64,000 nucleotides of DNA from an uncultured bacterium (GCA_963798465.1 CAWCTC010000001.1:528465-592464); one strand, 5' to 3'. Shown: positions 50,101 to 57,675, counted from the first letter of the stretch. Translations and numbers: made by a program. Notes: a model not told the origin generated them from the sequence alone.

Positions 50101-51270
50101 AATTGTAATTGTCCTTGATGAGAAGTTTCCTGCTGCATCTGTAGCTGTGAACGTAACTGTTCCGTTGTTTGAGAAATCAGCTGTTGATGTTGCACCATTG
50201 TTTGCAATTGAAGCAATAGTAGAAACACCTACAATATTTCCTTCATTTGTAGTTGCAGTAACTATGACATCTTGATTTGTTGATGAAGTTGCATATGGAA
50301 GTACTGTAATTATTGGCGCAACTTTATCAATATTTGAAATTGTAATTGTTTTTGAAGAAACATTTCCTGCTGCATCTGTAGCTGTAAATGTGACTGTGCC
50401 ATTATCTGAAAATGTAGCTGATGATGTTGCTCCTGAAGTTACTATGCTAGCTGATGATGAAGATGCAATTATTGTTCCTTCATTTGTAACTGCTGTAACT
50501 GTAACATTTTGATTTGTTGATGAAGTTGCATATGGAAGAATTGTAATGACTGGGGCTGTAAGATCTGCTCCGAAAGAAACAATTATAATACCATTTCCTC
50601 CGATTGCTCCGGCATCACCCAAATTTCCATTTGAGTTCAACCATCCGCTTCCTGCTCCACCACCGGCACCTCTTACTCCAGCTGTTGGAGCTGTGTACGA
50701 AGTAGCACTTCCTGTGCTTCCCTGACCTGAGATTCCAATGGCAGTTGTTCCACCATTTCCTCCGTAGGTTCTTGATCCGAGATTGCTTGCACCATTGGTT
50801 CCGTTTGTTCCACCGATACCACCGGCAAAACCACCGACACCGTTTCCAATGCCAGCTGTTGCACCTTGTCCGCCGAATCCTCCGTTAGCAACAACAGAAG
50901 ATCCGAAAGATGTTGATCCTCCGTTTCCTCCGTTTCCTGCTGCAACAGTTAAAGATCCAGCTGTACCTGCAGTACCTGCTGTTCCAATTGTGTAAGGAAT
51001 TATTTGTCCTGGAGTAACAGGAATAGTTGCTATCTTAACAGCTCCTGCTCCTCCTCCGCCACCACCGTATGTGTAGGCTCCGCCCGCTCCGCCTCCTCCG
51101 GCACCGATTGTTTCTACCGTAACGCTAGTTACACCAGCTGGTACGGTAAAATTTCCGCTTTTCAAAAGAGTTGTCGTAGCTGAATAATCAGCAAACGCAA
51201 CTGATCCGAAAGACAGAACGCCAAGGAAGACGACGATGAGGGCGCTTATTGTTCTAGTAATATTTTTCAT
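44173..51270 (-). CDS. Giant (2365 aa) cell-surface protein: signal peptide, glycine-rich N-terminal domain, many Ig-like repeats, C-terminal TM anchor
   Basis: Signal peptide MKNITRTISALIVVFLGVLSFGSVAFA. Residues ~50-230 are rich in GGxGG runs. Repeated modules include APVITILG.NP..V..G..Y.DAGA (HYR/DUF5011-like), ..SSDTSVGNID.TGLFTA.ATGTT.ITGT (Big_2-like) and LQSIAIT..KTVYTVGD.LDITG..VTGTYSD. The C-terminus has a TM helix, ALIVIVLIAMIGLIFFY, and a short basic tail. Confidence 0.9.
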   Translation of the reverse strand: MKNITRTISALIVVFLGVLSFGSVAFADYSATTTLLKSGNFTVPAGVTSVTVETIGAGGGGAGGAYTYGGGGGGAGAVKIATIPVTPGQIIPYTIGTAGTAGTAGSLTVAAGNGGNGGSTSFGSSVVANGGFGGQGATAGIGNGVGGFAGGIGGTNGTNGASNLGSRTYGGNGGTTAIGISGQGSTGSATSYTAPTAGVRGAGGGAGSGWLNSNGNLGDAGAIGGNGIIIVSFGADLTAPVITILPYATSSTNQNVTVTAVTNEGTIIASSSSASIVTSGATSSATFSDNGTVTFTATDAAGNVSSKTITISNIDKVAPIITVLPYATSSTNQDVIVTATTNEGNIVGVSTIASIANNGATSTADFSNNGTVTFTATDAAGNFSSRTITISNIDKVAPIITVLPYATSSTNQDVIVTATTNEGNIVGTSTIASIINSGATSTADFSNNGTVTFTATDVAGNFSSRTITISNIDKIAPVITILGSNPANVQINTLYTDAGVSVTDNSGVPLTFTASSSVNTSVLGTYAVDYTSVDLAGNVATATRIVNVVDTIAPVISVPATQVFEATGTTTTPVLVQATATDNSSTSPIITYNPAGFGLGTSTVIWTATDLSGNVATATSLVVIKDTTGPAMSLIGPAVLDLSVGNTYVEQGASSTDLVDGVRPVTIFGTVNTNNVGIYTVNYISSDLSGNVSTISREVVVSAVPAVLTSMSISPLNPSVTVGEQITFVSTTLDQFGQPFATTTTWSNTNNAVGTIDANGIFTASSIGTTEITASAGSLMPITTLVTVSAATSTPTLQSIAITTPANKTVYTVGDALDITGLVVTGTYSDGSTSTEPINVSNISGFNSLVANPNEVLTITVGTSTATYTISVNNAVIPPALASISIAPLNPNILVGATTTFTSTTKDQFGNPFPATTTWISSNSSVGMIDASGLFIGLSAGTTTITGTAGAFSASTTVTVSNVIIPDTIAPVITILGANPTNIFVGDFYIDAGATAFDAYDGTSTAVTATGTVNVNTIGSYTITYTSSDAAGNVATATRTVIVSNVVIPDTTAPTTPVITNASATGTIIASANISWTNSIDSESGLAGYEYLWDNSNATQIVTGTVGVSTTTATTTTDSGFGTLWFHVAAIDNAGNISTTTSYGPFIVSDSQVMITNSTMGGIFYSLYSPSLAESLLAPIATTTGTTTITNSTLSTFWNVNNSTVTNTTVDDTNLDQVVSTNSTLSNDDIARCTILNSDVENYFATDCYIAYSTIDPLTLYKFIHSTSTNSQIYASNIYYTTVSNHSYVATSTVSGSTIDASTITLSTIATSTISNGSNVASSSVTLSTLDNSQLTNSTSTNSDLVNSVLNNVVISDSTSTNSNLTGSTVASSTLTNVVDSGSTITGTVLVNATTTNAVILNGMIDSGTITINGTTTTITVPTEISSIGTPASFTLTYTTDGNGSITGSSTQVVASGANGTSVTAFPNFGFQFSNWSDGVLTATRTDLAVAGDITVTANFAAIPPAPTLQSIAITSPATKTVYTVGDSLDITGLVVTGTYSDNSTSTINDISDSNISGFDSSAATSSETLTINVSGKTATYTISVSSGSIPAPTLKSIAITTLPTKTVYTVGDSAVDITGMIVTGTYSDNSTSTINDISDSNISGFNSSVANPNEVLTITVSGKTATYTVVINGSVPTPVVSSISISASPLTLSVGSTTQFTAITLDQNNNPISAAVTWSSSDTSVGNIDSTGLFTASATGTTVITGTAGSTTISATVTVTVSDFSDPTPVVSSITISASPLTLSVGSTTQFTASTSDQFGNPINASVTWSSSDTSVGNIDASGLFTASATGTTVITGTAGSTTISATVTVTVNSNPIPAPTLSSIAITTLPTKTVYTVGDSAVDITGMIVTGTYSDNSTSTINDISDSNISGFDSSAATSSETLTINVSGKTATYTISVSSGSIPAPTLKSIAITTLPTKTVYTVGDSAVDITGMIVTGTYSDNSTSTINDISDSNISGFDSSVANPNEVLTVTVGSFTANYAVTVNNVVTEDTVPPVITILGSNPVNVTVGNLYTDAGATAYDAFDATSTTVTTSGTVDTTVVATYTITYTSSDAAENVATAIRTVNVVAAPVVNPVNGGSTASGVIPTPTFTNTTPSSEDIVAPVITILGANPANINVGDSYVDAGATANDNVDGNITSNINAVSSINMNVPGTYSVVYSVSDKAGNTSSATRTVIVNAVTPIVSTAPVASTTTIANTTGTSEAISGTPDTGITIPAGVGEFNSSATTSNNEQVSLATSTNSTSSVATSTNNAGLFAAVAEGFSNIPNKPMVALIVIVLIAMIGLIFFYRKNNKTPNIPKAPMSGPKTPSAPTNLPTGNMSK
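45266..46710 (-). repeat. Near-identical intragenic DNA repeats (four ~260-bp units plus a ~250-bp pair) within the giant gene
   Basis: The string ..AATCCTGAAATGTTTGAATCACTGATATCATTAATTGTTGAAGTTGAATTATCTGAATATGTTCCTGTAAC.. recurs starting near 45266, 45527, 46333 and 46590. The blocks 45700-45890 and 45960-46140 are also near-identical. Confidence 0.85.
49850..50560 (-). repeat. Three tandem 237-bp (79-codon) repeats within the giant gene
   Basis: Unit starts TTATCAAT(A/G)TTTGAAATTGTAATTGT lie at 49850, 50087 and 50324. They encode DKVAPIITVLPYATSSTNQDVIVTATTNEGNIVG..TFTATDAAGN.SS.TITISNI. Confidence 0.9.
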
Positions 51271-51799
51271 AATAATTAAGATTTAAATTAAAAACTTTTT
51301 ATAAGCAAACTAAAACCGATTAATAATTGAATTAAACTAAACAAAATTTAAGATTTTAAATGACTTAGCCGTGATGATAACGGACACTTGTCATAAACTG
51401 AAAAACTAACCTGTATTTATCTTTGATTTTCAATCAAACTATTTCACAAAAACCGAATAATTTTTCGCACAAACTTATCGCACATTTAGAACTGTCGCAC
51501 AAAGAGATTTTCACACAAAACTAACTGAATTTTTAACAAAAGAGCGTTTATATTTTTCGCGGGTATTCCGCAAAAAAGAACTGTTTACAAACGAGAGCTT
51601 ATCACACACAACATTTATTGTCAATAGTCAAATGCAAGATTTTTTCATTATGTATAAAAACGATTTTTTATAATCAGCTTGATTATAAAGGACATTATTG
51701 ATTTTGTCCTTTACAAAATCAATGTCCTTTACAAAAAGCCCTGCTTATAGCGGTATCCGATGAAAAATATTAAACATTGAATTGTAACGTTTAAACAGC

Positions 51800-51827
51800 T
51801 TGACAATCCATTCCTTTATGCTACAAT
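51800..51827 (+). promoter_or_regulatory. Candidate sigma70-type promoter for the plus-strand island
   Basis: TTGACA (51800-05), a 16-nt spacer, then TACAAT (51822-27). It is followed within ~20 nt by the hairpin AATCCC..GGGATT + T7. Confidence 0.55.
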
Positions 51828-52025
51828 TTCCGCAGAGTTTAATCCCCTTCCAACGAGGGATTATTTTTTTGAAAACTATTTCTTCCTAAAGAAAGATAAA
51901 ACAATTATTGAAAATAATTTCTTCTTAAAAAGAAGAATGCAACAATATAAAGAGATTTTGTTTTATTTTAAAAAGAAAGAAAAAAGAAACTAAAAATTAA
52001 ATCCACGTGAGTGGAAGGAGGAAAC

Positions 52026-52919
52026 ATGAAAAATTTTTTGAAGTTGTTTGTAATGCTTTTAACGGTTGTTTTTTTTGCGGCAATCGTTTATGCCGTAAAC
52101 ACAGCACCGACTGCTCCCATTGCGGTCACAACATCAGCTGATGTTGTGAAGATCGACACTCACAAAAAAGTGAACGGGTCGATCGTCGGCGACGACGGTT
52201 CAATGGTCGGCAAGATCGAATTGAACTTGCCCCAGACGAAGTTTTACAAAATCGAGGTGCCGGCGCCAATAATAAACGTCACCATACCAAATGATGACGC
52301 GACTCCGGCTCCATCTGCACCAACAGTTTCGACAACATCAACACAGGTTGTTGAAACTGAAACGTCGGTAAATTCTGCAAGAAAAAAACTAATCCAAATA
52401 TGTGCAGGATTAGTAAGTTCTACAGAAGTGCTTGCGACAGGAAATGGATTCAATATTTCAGAGAACTCCGAGGGTGACTGGGCGGAAGTTTCACTGCAGG
52501 GAAATATCAATGAATACTGCGGTGTAAGAATCACCGAGAATCTCGGTGACAAAACAAGAACGGCGTCTTACATGGGTTCATCTTTCGGAACAGAACATGT
52601 TCAAAGAACTCCGAAGTTGGAGTTCTTGTTCTATCCGATGCCTGAACTTAACTGGCAACCGTTCGTCGGCATCGGAGTGGAATGGGTTAGCATAACCAAT
52701 CCACTATCAGCCGGAGGAGTCGTACTGGAAGATAATTTTTCCGGTATAGCTCCTGGAATAACGGTCGGGGCAGAGCTTCCCATCTTAGATGATGAGCTCT
52801 ACGGAAAAATTGAAGGGTCATACTACCCTTCAAAAATTACCACCGATATTCCAGGTGGTGTTTCCGGCTCAACCGAGAGCAACGCAACTGTTTCGTTCGG
52901 GATCGGATGGAGAATATAA
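52026..52919 (+). CDS. Secreted protein with C-terminal beta-barrel-OMP-like strands (ATG 52026; the ORF track starts at GTG 52011)
   Basis: RBS GGAAGGAGG, signal peptide MKNFLKLFVMLLTVVFFAAIVYA, and alternating-hydrophobic C-terminal strands (WQPFVGIGVEWVSI, GIAPGITVGAELPI, ATVSFGIGWRI-stop). GC is visibly higher than in the neighbours. Confidence 0.6.
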   Translation: MKNFLKLFVMLLTVVFFAAIVYAVNTAPTAPIAVTTSADVVKIDTHKKVNGSIVGDDGSMVGKIELNLPQTKFYKIEVPAPIINVTIPNDDATPAPSAPTVSTTSTQVVETETSVNSARKKLIQICAGLVSSTEVLATGNGFNISENSEGDWAEVSLQGNINEYCGVRITENLGDKTRTASYMGSSFGTEHVQRTPKLEFLFYPMPELNWQPFVGIGVEWVSITNPLSAGGVVLEDNFSGIAPGITVGAELPILDDELYGKIEGSYYPSKITTDIPGGVSGSTESNATVSFGIGWRI

Positions 52920-52936
52920 AAACCATCCGATGTAAT

Positions 52937-52974
52937 AAAAAGGCCAGCACACTTAAAAAAGTGTCCGGCCTTTT
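52937..52974 (+). terminator. Rho-independent terminator
   Basis: AAAAAGGCCAGCACACTT-AAAAA-AGTGTCCGGCCTTTT. Confidence 0.75.
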
Positions 52975-53048
52975 CTCTTGCTTGACTTATATCTAAAATA
53001 TGGTTTAATTATAAGCAAGAAATTAATACCACTTCACGGGAGGTAAGT

Positions 53049-53243
53049 ATGAAAAAATTTATTTTGTTCTTTGTTTTAATTTTTATCTTATTTTCGAGCA
53101 CAATTTCTGCTTCTGCAAAAACGTTATACAACGAGATGTTACCACCCGATGTAGCTGACGAGGCAATAATATCGTCAGTAACATTTACTGTCATCGATAT
53201 ACCACATACAATTTCAATTACAGGAACGCCAACCTGCAATTGA
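53049..53243 (+). CDS. Small secreted protein/peptide (64 aa)
   Basis: RBS GGGAGGTAAGT-ATG and signal peptide MKKFILFFVLIFILFSSTISASA. The mature ~41 aa end in ..ITGTPTCN. It has its own terminator. Confidence 0.55.
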   Translation: MKKFILFFVLIFILFSSTISASAKTLYNEMLPPDVADEAIISSVTFTVIDIPHTISITGTPTCN

Positions 53244-53252
53244 AATAAAAAC

Positions 53253-53287
53253 AAAATGGCCACATGCATAGCATGCGGCCATTTTTT
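53253..53287. terminator. Bidirectional terminator between convergent genes
   Basis: AAAATGGCCACATGC-ATA-GCATGCGGCCATTTTTT. Confidence 0.8.
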
Positions 53288-53298
53288 ATTGTTCAATT

Positions 53299-53526
53299 TT
53301 ACTTCATCAATTTCTGCAATTCTCCTTGATGTTTTCTCATCACTTCCATCGAAGCCGCTGTCTTGCTCTTCCCTTCCTTAACTTTCTGTTCGATTTCTTT
53401 CGCTATATTTTCAAAAAATTGCGGATCCTTTTCCACCGCACGCATCATCATTTCCTGCTGTTCTTTTGGAACATTCTTCATTTGCGATTTTATCGCCTGC
53501 TTCATCAAAAAACTTTTTAATCCCAT
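53299..53526 (-). CDS. Small helical lysine/glutamate-rich protein (75 aa), unknown function
   Basis: An ORF directly downstream of the MacB-type permease on the same strand, with no TM segment. Confidence 0.45.
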   Translation of the reverse strand: MGLKSFLMKQAIKSQMKNVPKEQQEMMMRAVEKDPQFFENIAKEIEQKVKEGKSKTAASMEVMRKHQGELQKLMK

Positions 53527-53599
53527 TTGTTTATTTTATTATTTTAATAACTTTATATTTATATCACAGAGTTGAATTTTTTGAAATTCACTGATAATT

Positions 53600-54833
53600 T
53601 TATTCATACCTAAGTGCTTCCATCGGACTTTTCTTTGCAGCTTGATTTGCAGGATAAATACCAAAAACCAAACCAACAAGGCTTGCAACCAAAATACCGA
53701 GTAGTGCCGCTTCGTATGGAAAAACAAATTGCCAATTCAAAGCGAGGACTTTTGTCAGAATAATTGAAATAAGATAAGAGAGAGATCCTCCTAAAATAAC
53801 TCCGATGATTCCCCCGGTTCCCGTAAGCATTACAGCTTCAAGTAAAAACTGAACCAAAATATCATGATTGGTCGCCCCGATAGCTTTTCTCAAACCGATT
53901 TCCTTTGTTCTCTCCGTAACAGAAACAAGCATAATATTCATAATTCCGATTCCACCGACAATAAGTGAAATCGCTGCAACTGCCGCAAGAAAAGCTGTAA
54001 GCGCAGTTGTTATTGTACCTAGAGTTGCAGCAACATCAGCAGTAGTCTCAACTGAAAAATCGTCATTTGCCGGATCAGTAATATTATGAGAATTTCTCAG
54101 TGTAATTTTTATGTCATCAACAGTTGATGCGAGATTTGCCTGTGAATCCGCTTCAACAACAATTCTATTGAAATATTTTGTCCCTGTAATATATTGCTGT
54201 GCTGTTGTGTACGGCATAAATACAGCATCATCAAACTCAGAAGAAGAACCTTTTTCCGGCAAAACTCCAATTACTTTAAATGTATTATTTTTAATTCTTA
54301 TTTTTTGACCAATAGCATTATTTCCATCAAATAAGATTCTTCTGCACATTATATCCGATAACAACAACTAAAGACTGGCTTATCACATCATCATTGGTAA
54401 AAAAATAGCCTTGATTTGGATTTATATCAAAAATTTCAGGAATCTGTTCACCGGAACCGAAAACTGCAACTTGGTAAACTAAATTTCCATTAACAGCTGC
54501 ACCCGCGCCAATTACCATCGGCATAATATATTTTGCGTCTGGTACATTTGCCTTCAATTCTAGAGCAGTCAAATCTTTTTCTTTTAGAGAATCATTTAAT
54601 GTCTGTGCTGCTGCAGAAGGACTGAATGAAATTTTTCCTGGGATAACGGTTATGGTGGTAGCACCAAGTCCATTAACTTGACTCAAAATTAGATTTTGTG
54701 CGCCTTGTCCAAGCGACATGACTAATATAATAGAAGTTATTCCAATAACAATTCCAATGATAGTCAAAGCCGAACGTGATTTGTGCGTCATAAGTCCAGT
54801 CACTGCTGTTTGTATGCTGTATTTTAATTTCAT
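53600..54833 (-). pseudogene. MacB/FtsX-type ABC permease, frame broken by one extra base
   Basis: ORFs 54327..54833 (N-terminal TM plus periplasmic MacB_PCD-like domain) and 53600..54367 (FtsX C-terminal 3-TM domain) join as ..VVVIGYNVQKNL|FDGNNAIGQKIRIK.. if one A is removed (CTT[A]TTTGAT). The span is 1234 nt. Confidence 0.85.
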
Positions 54834-54941
54834 CCTGTAAAGAAATTTTAATGTTTTAATAATTTCGACTATTTTGATTAATTGATTCTATATTTATTAC
54901 TTTAAATTTTAGACTACGCTGAATTTCACACGAGACAAGTT

Positions 54942-55662
54942 TTATTTTACAAATTTATCAGCACTAGTTTTTCTTTCCTTAACTTTCTCATCACTTTCTA
55001 TTTGTCCATCAAGCAACCTAATTATTCTTTGGGCATATTCGGCGGTATATGTCTCATGAGTTACAAGAATAATTGTATGTCCCATTTCAGTATTTAGTTT
55101 TTGAATTATTTCGATAACCGCTTGTCCAGATTTTGAATCAAGATTTCCTGTCGGCTCATCCGCAAAAATAACTTCAGGATCATTTACAAGAGCTCGCGCA
55201 ATGGCGACTCTTTGCTTTTCTCCTCCGGAAAGCTGAACCGCCTGATGATGCATGCGACTGGCAAGCCCGACGGAAACAACCGCATCCTCTGCTTTTTTAT
55301 TCCATTCGGATTCTGGAACGCTTGAATAAATAAGCGGAAGTTTTACATTTTCAAGAACCGTTTCGTGTGGCAAAAGATTGAATGATTGAAAAATAAAACC
55401 AATTTTTTCATTTCGCAGTTTTGCAATTTCGATAGGATTAAAAGAACCAATATCTTTTCCCAAAAAATAATAAGTTCCTTCTGTGTGATTATCCAGAAGT
55501 CCAAGAATTTGGAGTAAAGTTGATTTTCCAGAACCGGAAGGACCCATGATTGCCAAAAATTCGCCTTTTTTTATTTCAAGAGATACGCCGCGTAATGCTT
55601 CAGTTTTTGTTCCTTCATTTTCATAAACTTTCCAAAGATTTTTTGTTTCTATCGAGATTCAC
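54942..55662 (-). pseudogene. MacB/LolD-type ABC ATPase, frame broken by one extra base at codon 4
   Basis: GTG 55662 gives MNL, then after removing one G (CTC[G]ATA) IETKNLWKVYENEGTKTEALRGVSLEIKKGEFLAIMGPSGSGKST.., [14 protein letters not shown] and [11 protein letters not shown]. The span is 721 nt. Confidence 0.85.
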
Positions 55663-55666
55663 GTTT

Positions 55667-57244
55667 TTAAATATTTGGTGAAGCAACTATTTGATCGCCC
55701 TCTTTTAATCCGGAGATTATTTGAATATAGCCATCTATTCCGCGCATTCCTGTTTCAACTTGCGTTTGAGTGCTTTTTAGCGGGTTGCTTGGATCTATCA
55801 ATTTTACATATTTATTTATATCTATTGAATAAACTGATCTCGAAGGCACCGCCAAAACACCGTTCGCCTGACCGGTAAGAATATCCAAGTTTGCAGTCAT
55901 GCCGGATTTTATTCTGTTGTCAGATGAAGAGGCAAAATTTAAAGTAACTTTATACGTCGGCACATCTTCTATAATTGTTTCTCCTGGATCAATCTTCACA
56001 ACAGAAGTTGGGAAAAAAGTATCCGAACCATATGCGTCCAATGTCGTTGTTGCAACATCGCCGATTTTAACTTTTGAGATGTCGGCTTCTGGCACATAAG
56101 ACTCGACATCATATTGTCCGTAAGAAATAACTGATATAGCCGGAATACCAGATTGCATCGTTTCGCCAACCTTTGCATTTACATTAGTAATAACTCCGCT
56201 TATTGGAGAAATAATTATTGATTTATCAAAATTCGCCTGTGCTGCGTCAACATTTGCCTGTGCTTGTGCAACCGCTGCTTGTGAAGCTTGAAGTTGATCC
56301 GATGTCGCTCCAGTTTTTATGAGAGTAAGTTGACTATTTGCAACATCAAGTGAAGAAATTGCTGATTGATATTGACTAGATGCCGCGGAAAGATTGCTAA
56401 TTGCAAGATCAACTTCAGCTCTGGCCGTCGAAACAGCAGTTTTCCAAATCGTCAATGTGCTCTGACTTATTGTCACTGGTGTTAAATTATTTATCGCCAA
56501 TGCAAGATTCTTCAAAAAAGTTTGAATGTAAGTCAAATTATCATTTGCTGTTTCAACGGCAGAATTAAGATCGGAATCAGTAGTTAAACTTTCGGAAGAA
56601 GTGCTCCAGGAATTAAGCATAGTTTCAATATCGGTTCTTTCCGCGACAATGTCATTGTTTAATTGGGGATCGGCTTGAAACTGCAAAGTAGGATTTTGAG
56701 TTCTTGGATTTGTAAACATAACATCTGTATAATTCCTGACTGCATCATCGGATTTATTATAGGAATCCTGTATTGAATTTACCAAACTATTCTCAGCATC
56801 AGAAATATCGCTTTCCGCTTTTTCCACTTGTGATTGATTTACAGCGATTTGTTGCGGAGTTGATCCATTTTGAAGAGATGATAAATTGGCCTCGGCTATT
56901 TGAAGACCTGCTTTTGCCTGCTCAACTGCAGCTGACAAATCCGCATTTGAAAGCGATGACAATTCCTCGCCTGCCGATACTTTGTCTCCAACTGCAACGT
57001 AAACATGAGCGACTTCTCCGCTCGATTCAAAAGAAAGATCTAAGTTTGAAAGGGGCACAACATTTCCCGTCTCACTGACTTCTTCTACAATGTCGTGTTT
57101 TTGAACCGTGACAAAATCGGTCGGAGAGTTTTGCTTTCTGCCAAGAATAACAAACAAAACTATTATAATAACAATAGCTATTAATATAGACCAGATTTTA
57201 TGTTTCTGGACAAAATTTTTCAACTTGGAAAATATATTTTTCAT
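55667..57244 (-). CDS. HlyD/MacA-type periplasmic adaptor (membrane fusion) protein
   Basis: 525 aa with an N-terminal TM helix, a biotinyl-lipoyl-like hairpin (VSAGEELSSL), a long alanine/glutamine-rich coiled coil, and beta-barrel C-terminal domains. It is the first gene of the adaptor-ATPase-permease operon. Confidence 0.85.
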   Translation of the reverse strand: MKNIFSKLKNFVQKHKIWSILIAIVIIIVLFVILGRKQNSPTDFVTVQKHDIVEEVSETGNVVPLSNLDLSFESSGEVAHVYVAVGDKVSAGEELSSLSNADLSAAVEQAKAGLQIAEANLSSLQNGSTPQQIAVNQSQVEKAESDISDAENSLVNSIQDSYNKSDDAVRNYTDVMFTNPRTQNPTLQFQADPQLNNDIVAERTDIETMLNSWSTSSESLTTDSDLNSAVETANDNLTYIQTFLKNLALAINNLTPVTISQSTLTIWKTAVSTARAEVDLAISNLSAASSQYQSAISSLDVANSQLTLIKTGATSDQLQASQAAVAQAQANVDAAQANFDKSIIISPISGVITNVNAKVGETMQSGIPAISVISYGQYDVESYVPEADISKVKIGDVATTTLDAYGSDTFFPTSVVKIDPGETIIEDVPTYKVTLNFASSSDNRIKSGMTANLDILTGQANGVLAVPSRSVYSIDINKYVKLIDPSNPLKSTQTQVETGMRGIDGYIQIISGLKEGDQIVASPNI

Positions 57245-57295
57245 AACTGACAGATATTATATCAGACTTTAATTATTTTAAAATGATAATTTAAC

Positions 57296-57453
57296 TTGTC
57301 GGAGCGCCGGGATTTGAAACTTACAGTTTCAGTACCCTGATTGGCTCGCTTGTTCGTGATTACACTCCAAGCTCGGCTCAATCAGGCTTCAAATCCCTTT
57401 TGAAGCAATCCCATTGCTTCAAACACTCACAACAAAATTACTTCGTAATTTTG
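57296..57453 (-). repeat. tRNA-3'-end-associated structured element (family D) downstream of tRNA-Pro, ending in a 23-nt copy of the tRNA-Pro 3' end
   Basis: TTGTCGGAGCGCCGGGATTTGAA occurs at 57296-57318 and at 57451-57473. Internal hairpins are CAAAATTAC-GAA-GTAATTTTG, TTTGAAGCAAT-GGG-ATTGCTTCAAA and CCTGATTG..CAATCAGG. The last 71 nt form a tRNA-length 'ghost' starting TGGAGTGTA (the real tRNA starts CGGAGCGTA). Confidence 0.7.
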
Positions 57454-57525
57454 TCGGAGCGCCGGGATTTGAACCCGGAGTCACATGAACCCGAATCATG
57501 CATGTTACCGTTACACTACGCTCCG
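57454..57525 (-). tRNA. tRNA-Pro (anticodon CGG)
   Basis: Hand-folded cloverleaf: CGGAGCG/CGCTCCG acceptor, GTGT/ACAT D stem, CATGA-TTCGGGT-TCATG anticodon arm, CCGGG-TTCAAAT-CCCGG T arm. CCA is not encoded. Confidence 0.9.
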
Positions 57526-57675
57526 ATATTTTTCTTGTGGTCACAAATAAAATTACTGACGTAATTTTTTCGCGACCTCGGCTCACCATTTTTGCCTTTG
57601 CTTCGCTAAACAAAAATATGGCTGCGCCTTCCACAAGATCATAAAATCTAAAGCAGTTTAGATTTTATGATCTTG
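57526..57675 (-). repeat. Family D element downstream of tRNA-Ala(CGC)
   Basis: A 50-nt hairpin (57630-57679) starts inside the tRNA 3' end (TCCACAAGATCATAAAATCTAAA-loop-TTTAGATTTTATGATCTTGTGGA). Conserved stems follow, then GGTCGCG..GTCA-loop hairpin..TGTGACC, and it ends in CCACAAG, a 7-nt copy of the tRNA 3' end. Confidence 0.7.

Noticed and set aside
44336-50995. Many 60-116-aa ORFs on the plus strand and in other minus-strand frames inside the giant gene
   Set aside because: They lie antisense or out of frame to one continuous 2365-codon ORF with clear domain repeats. Their V/A/T/P-rich products are mirror images of the sense codon bias.
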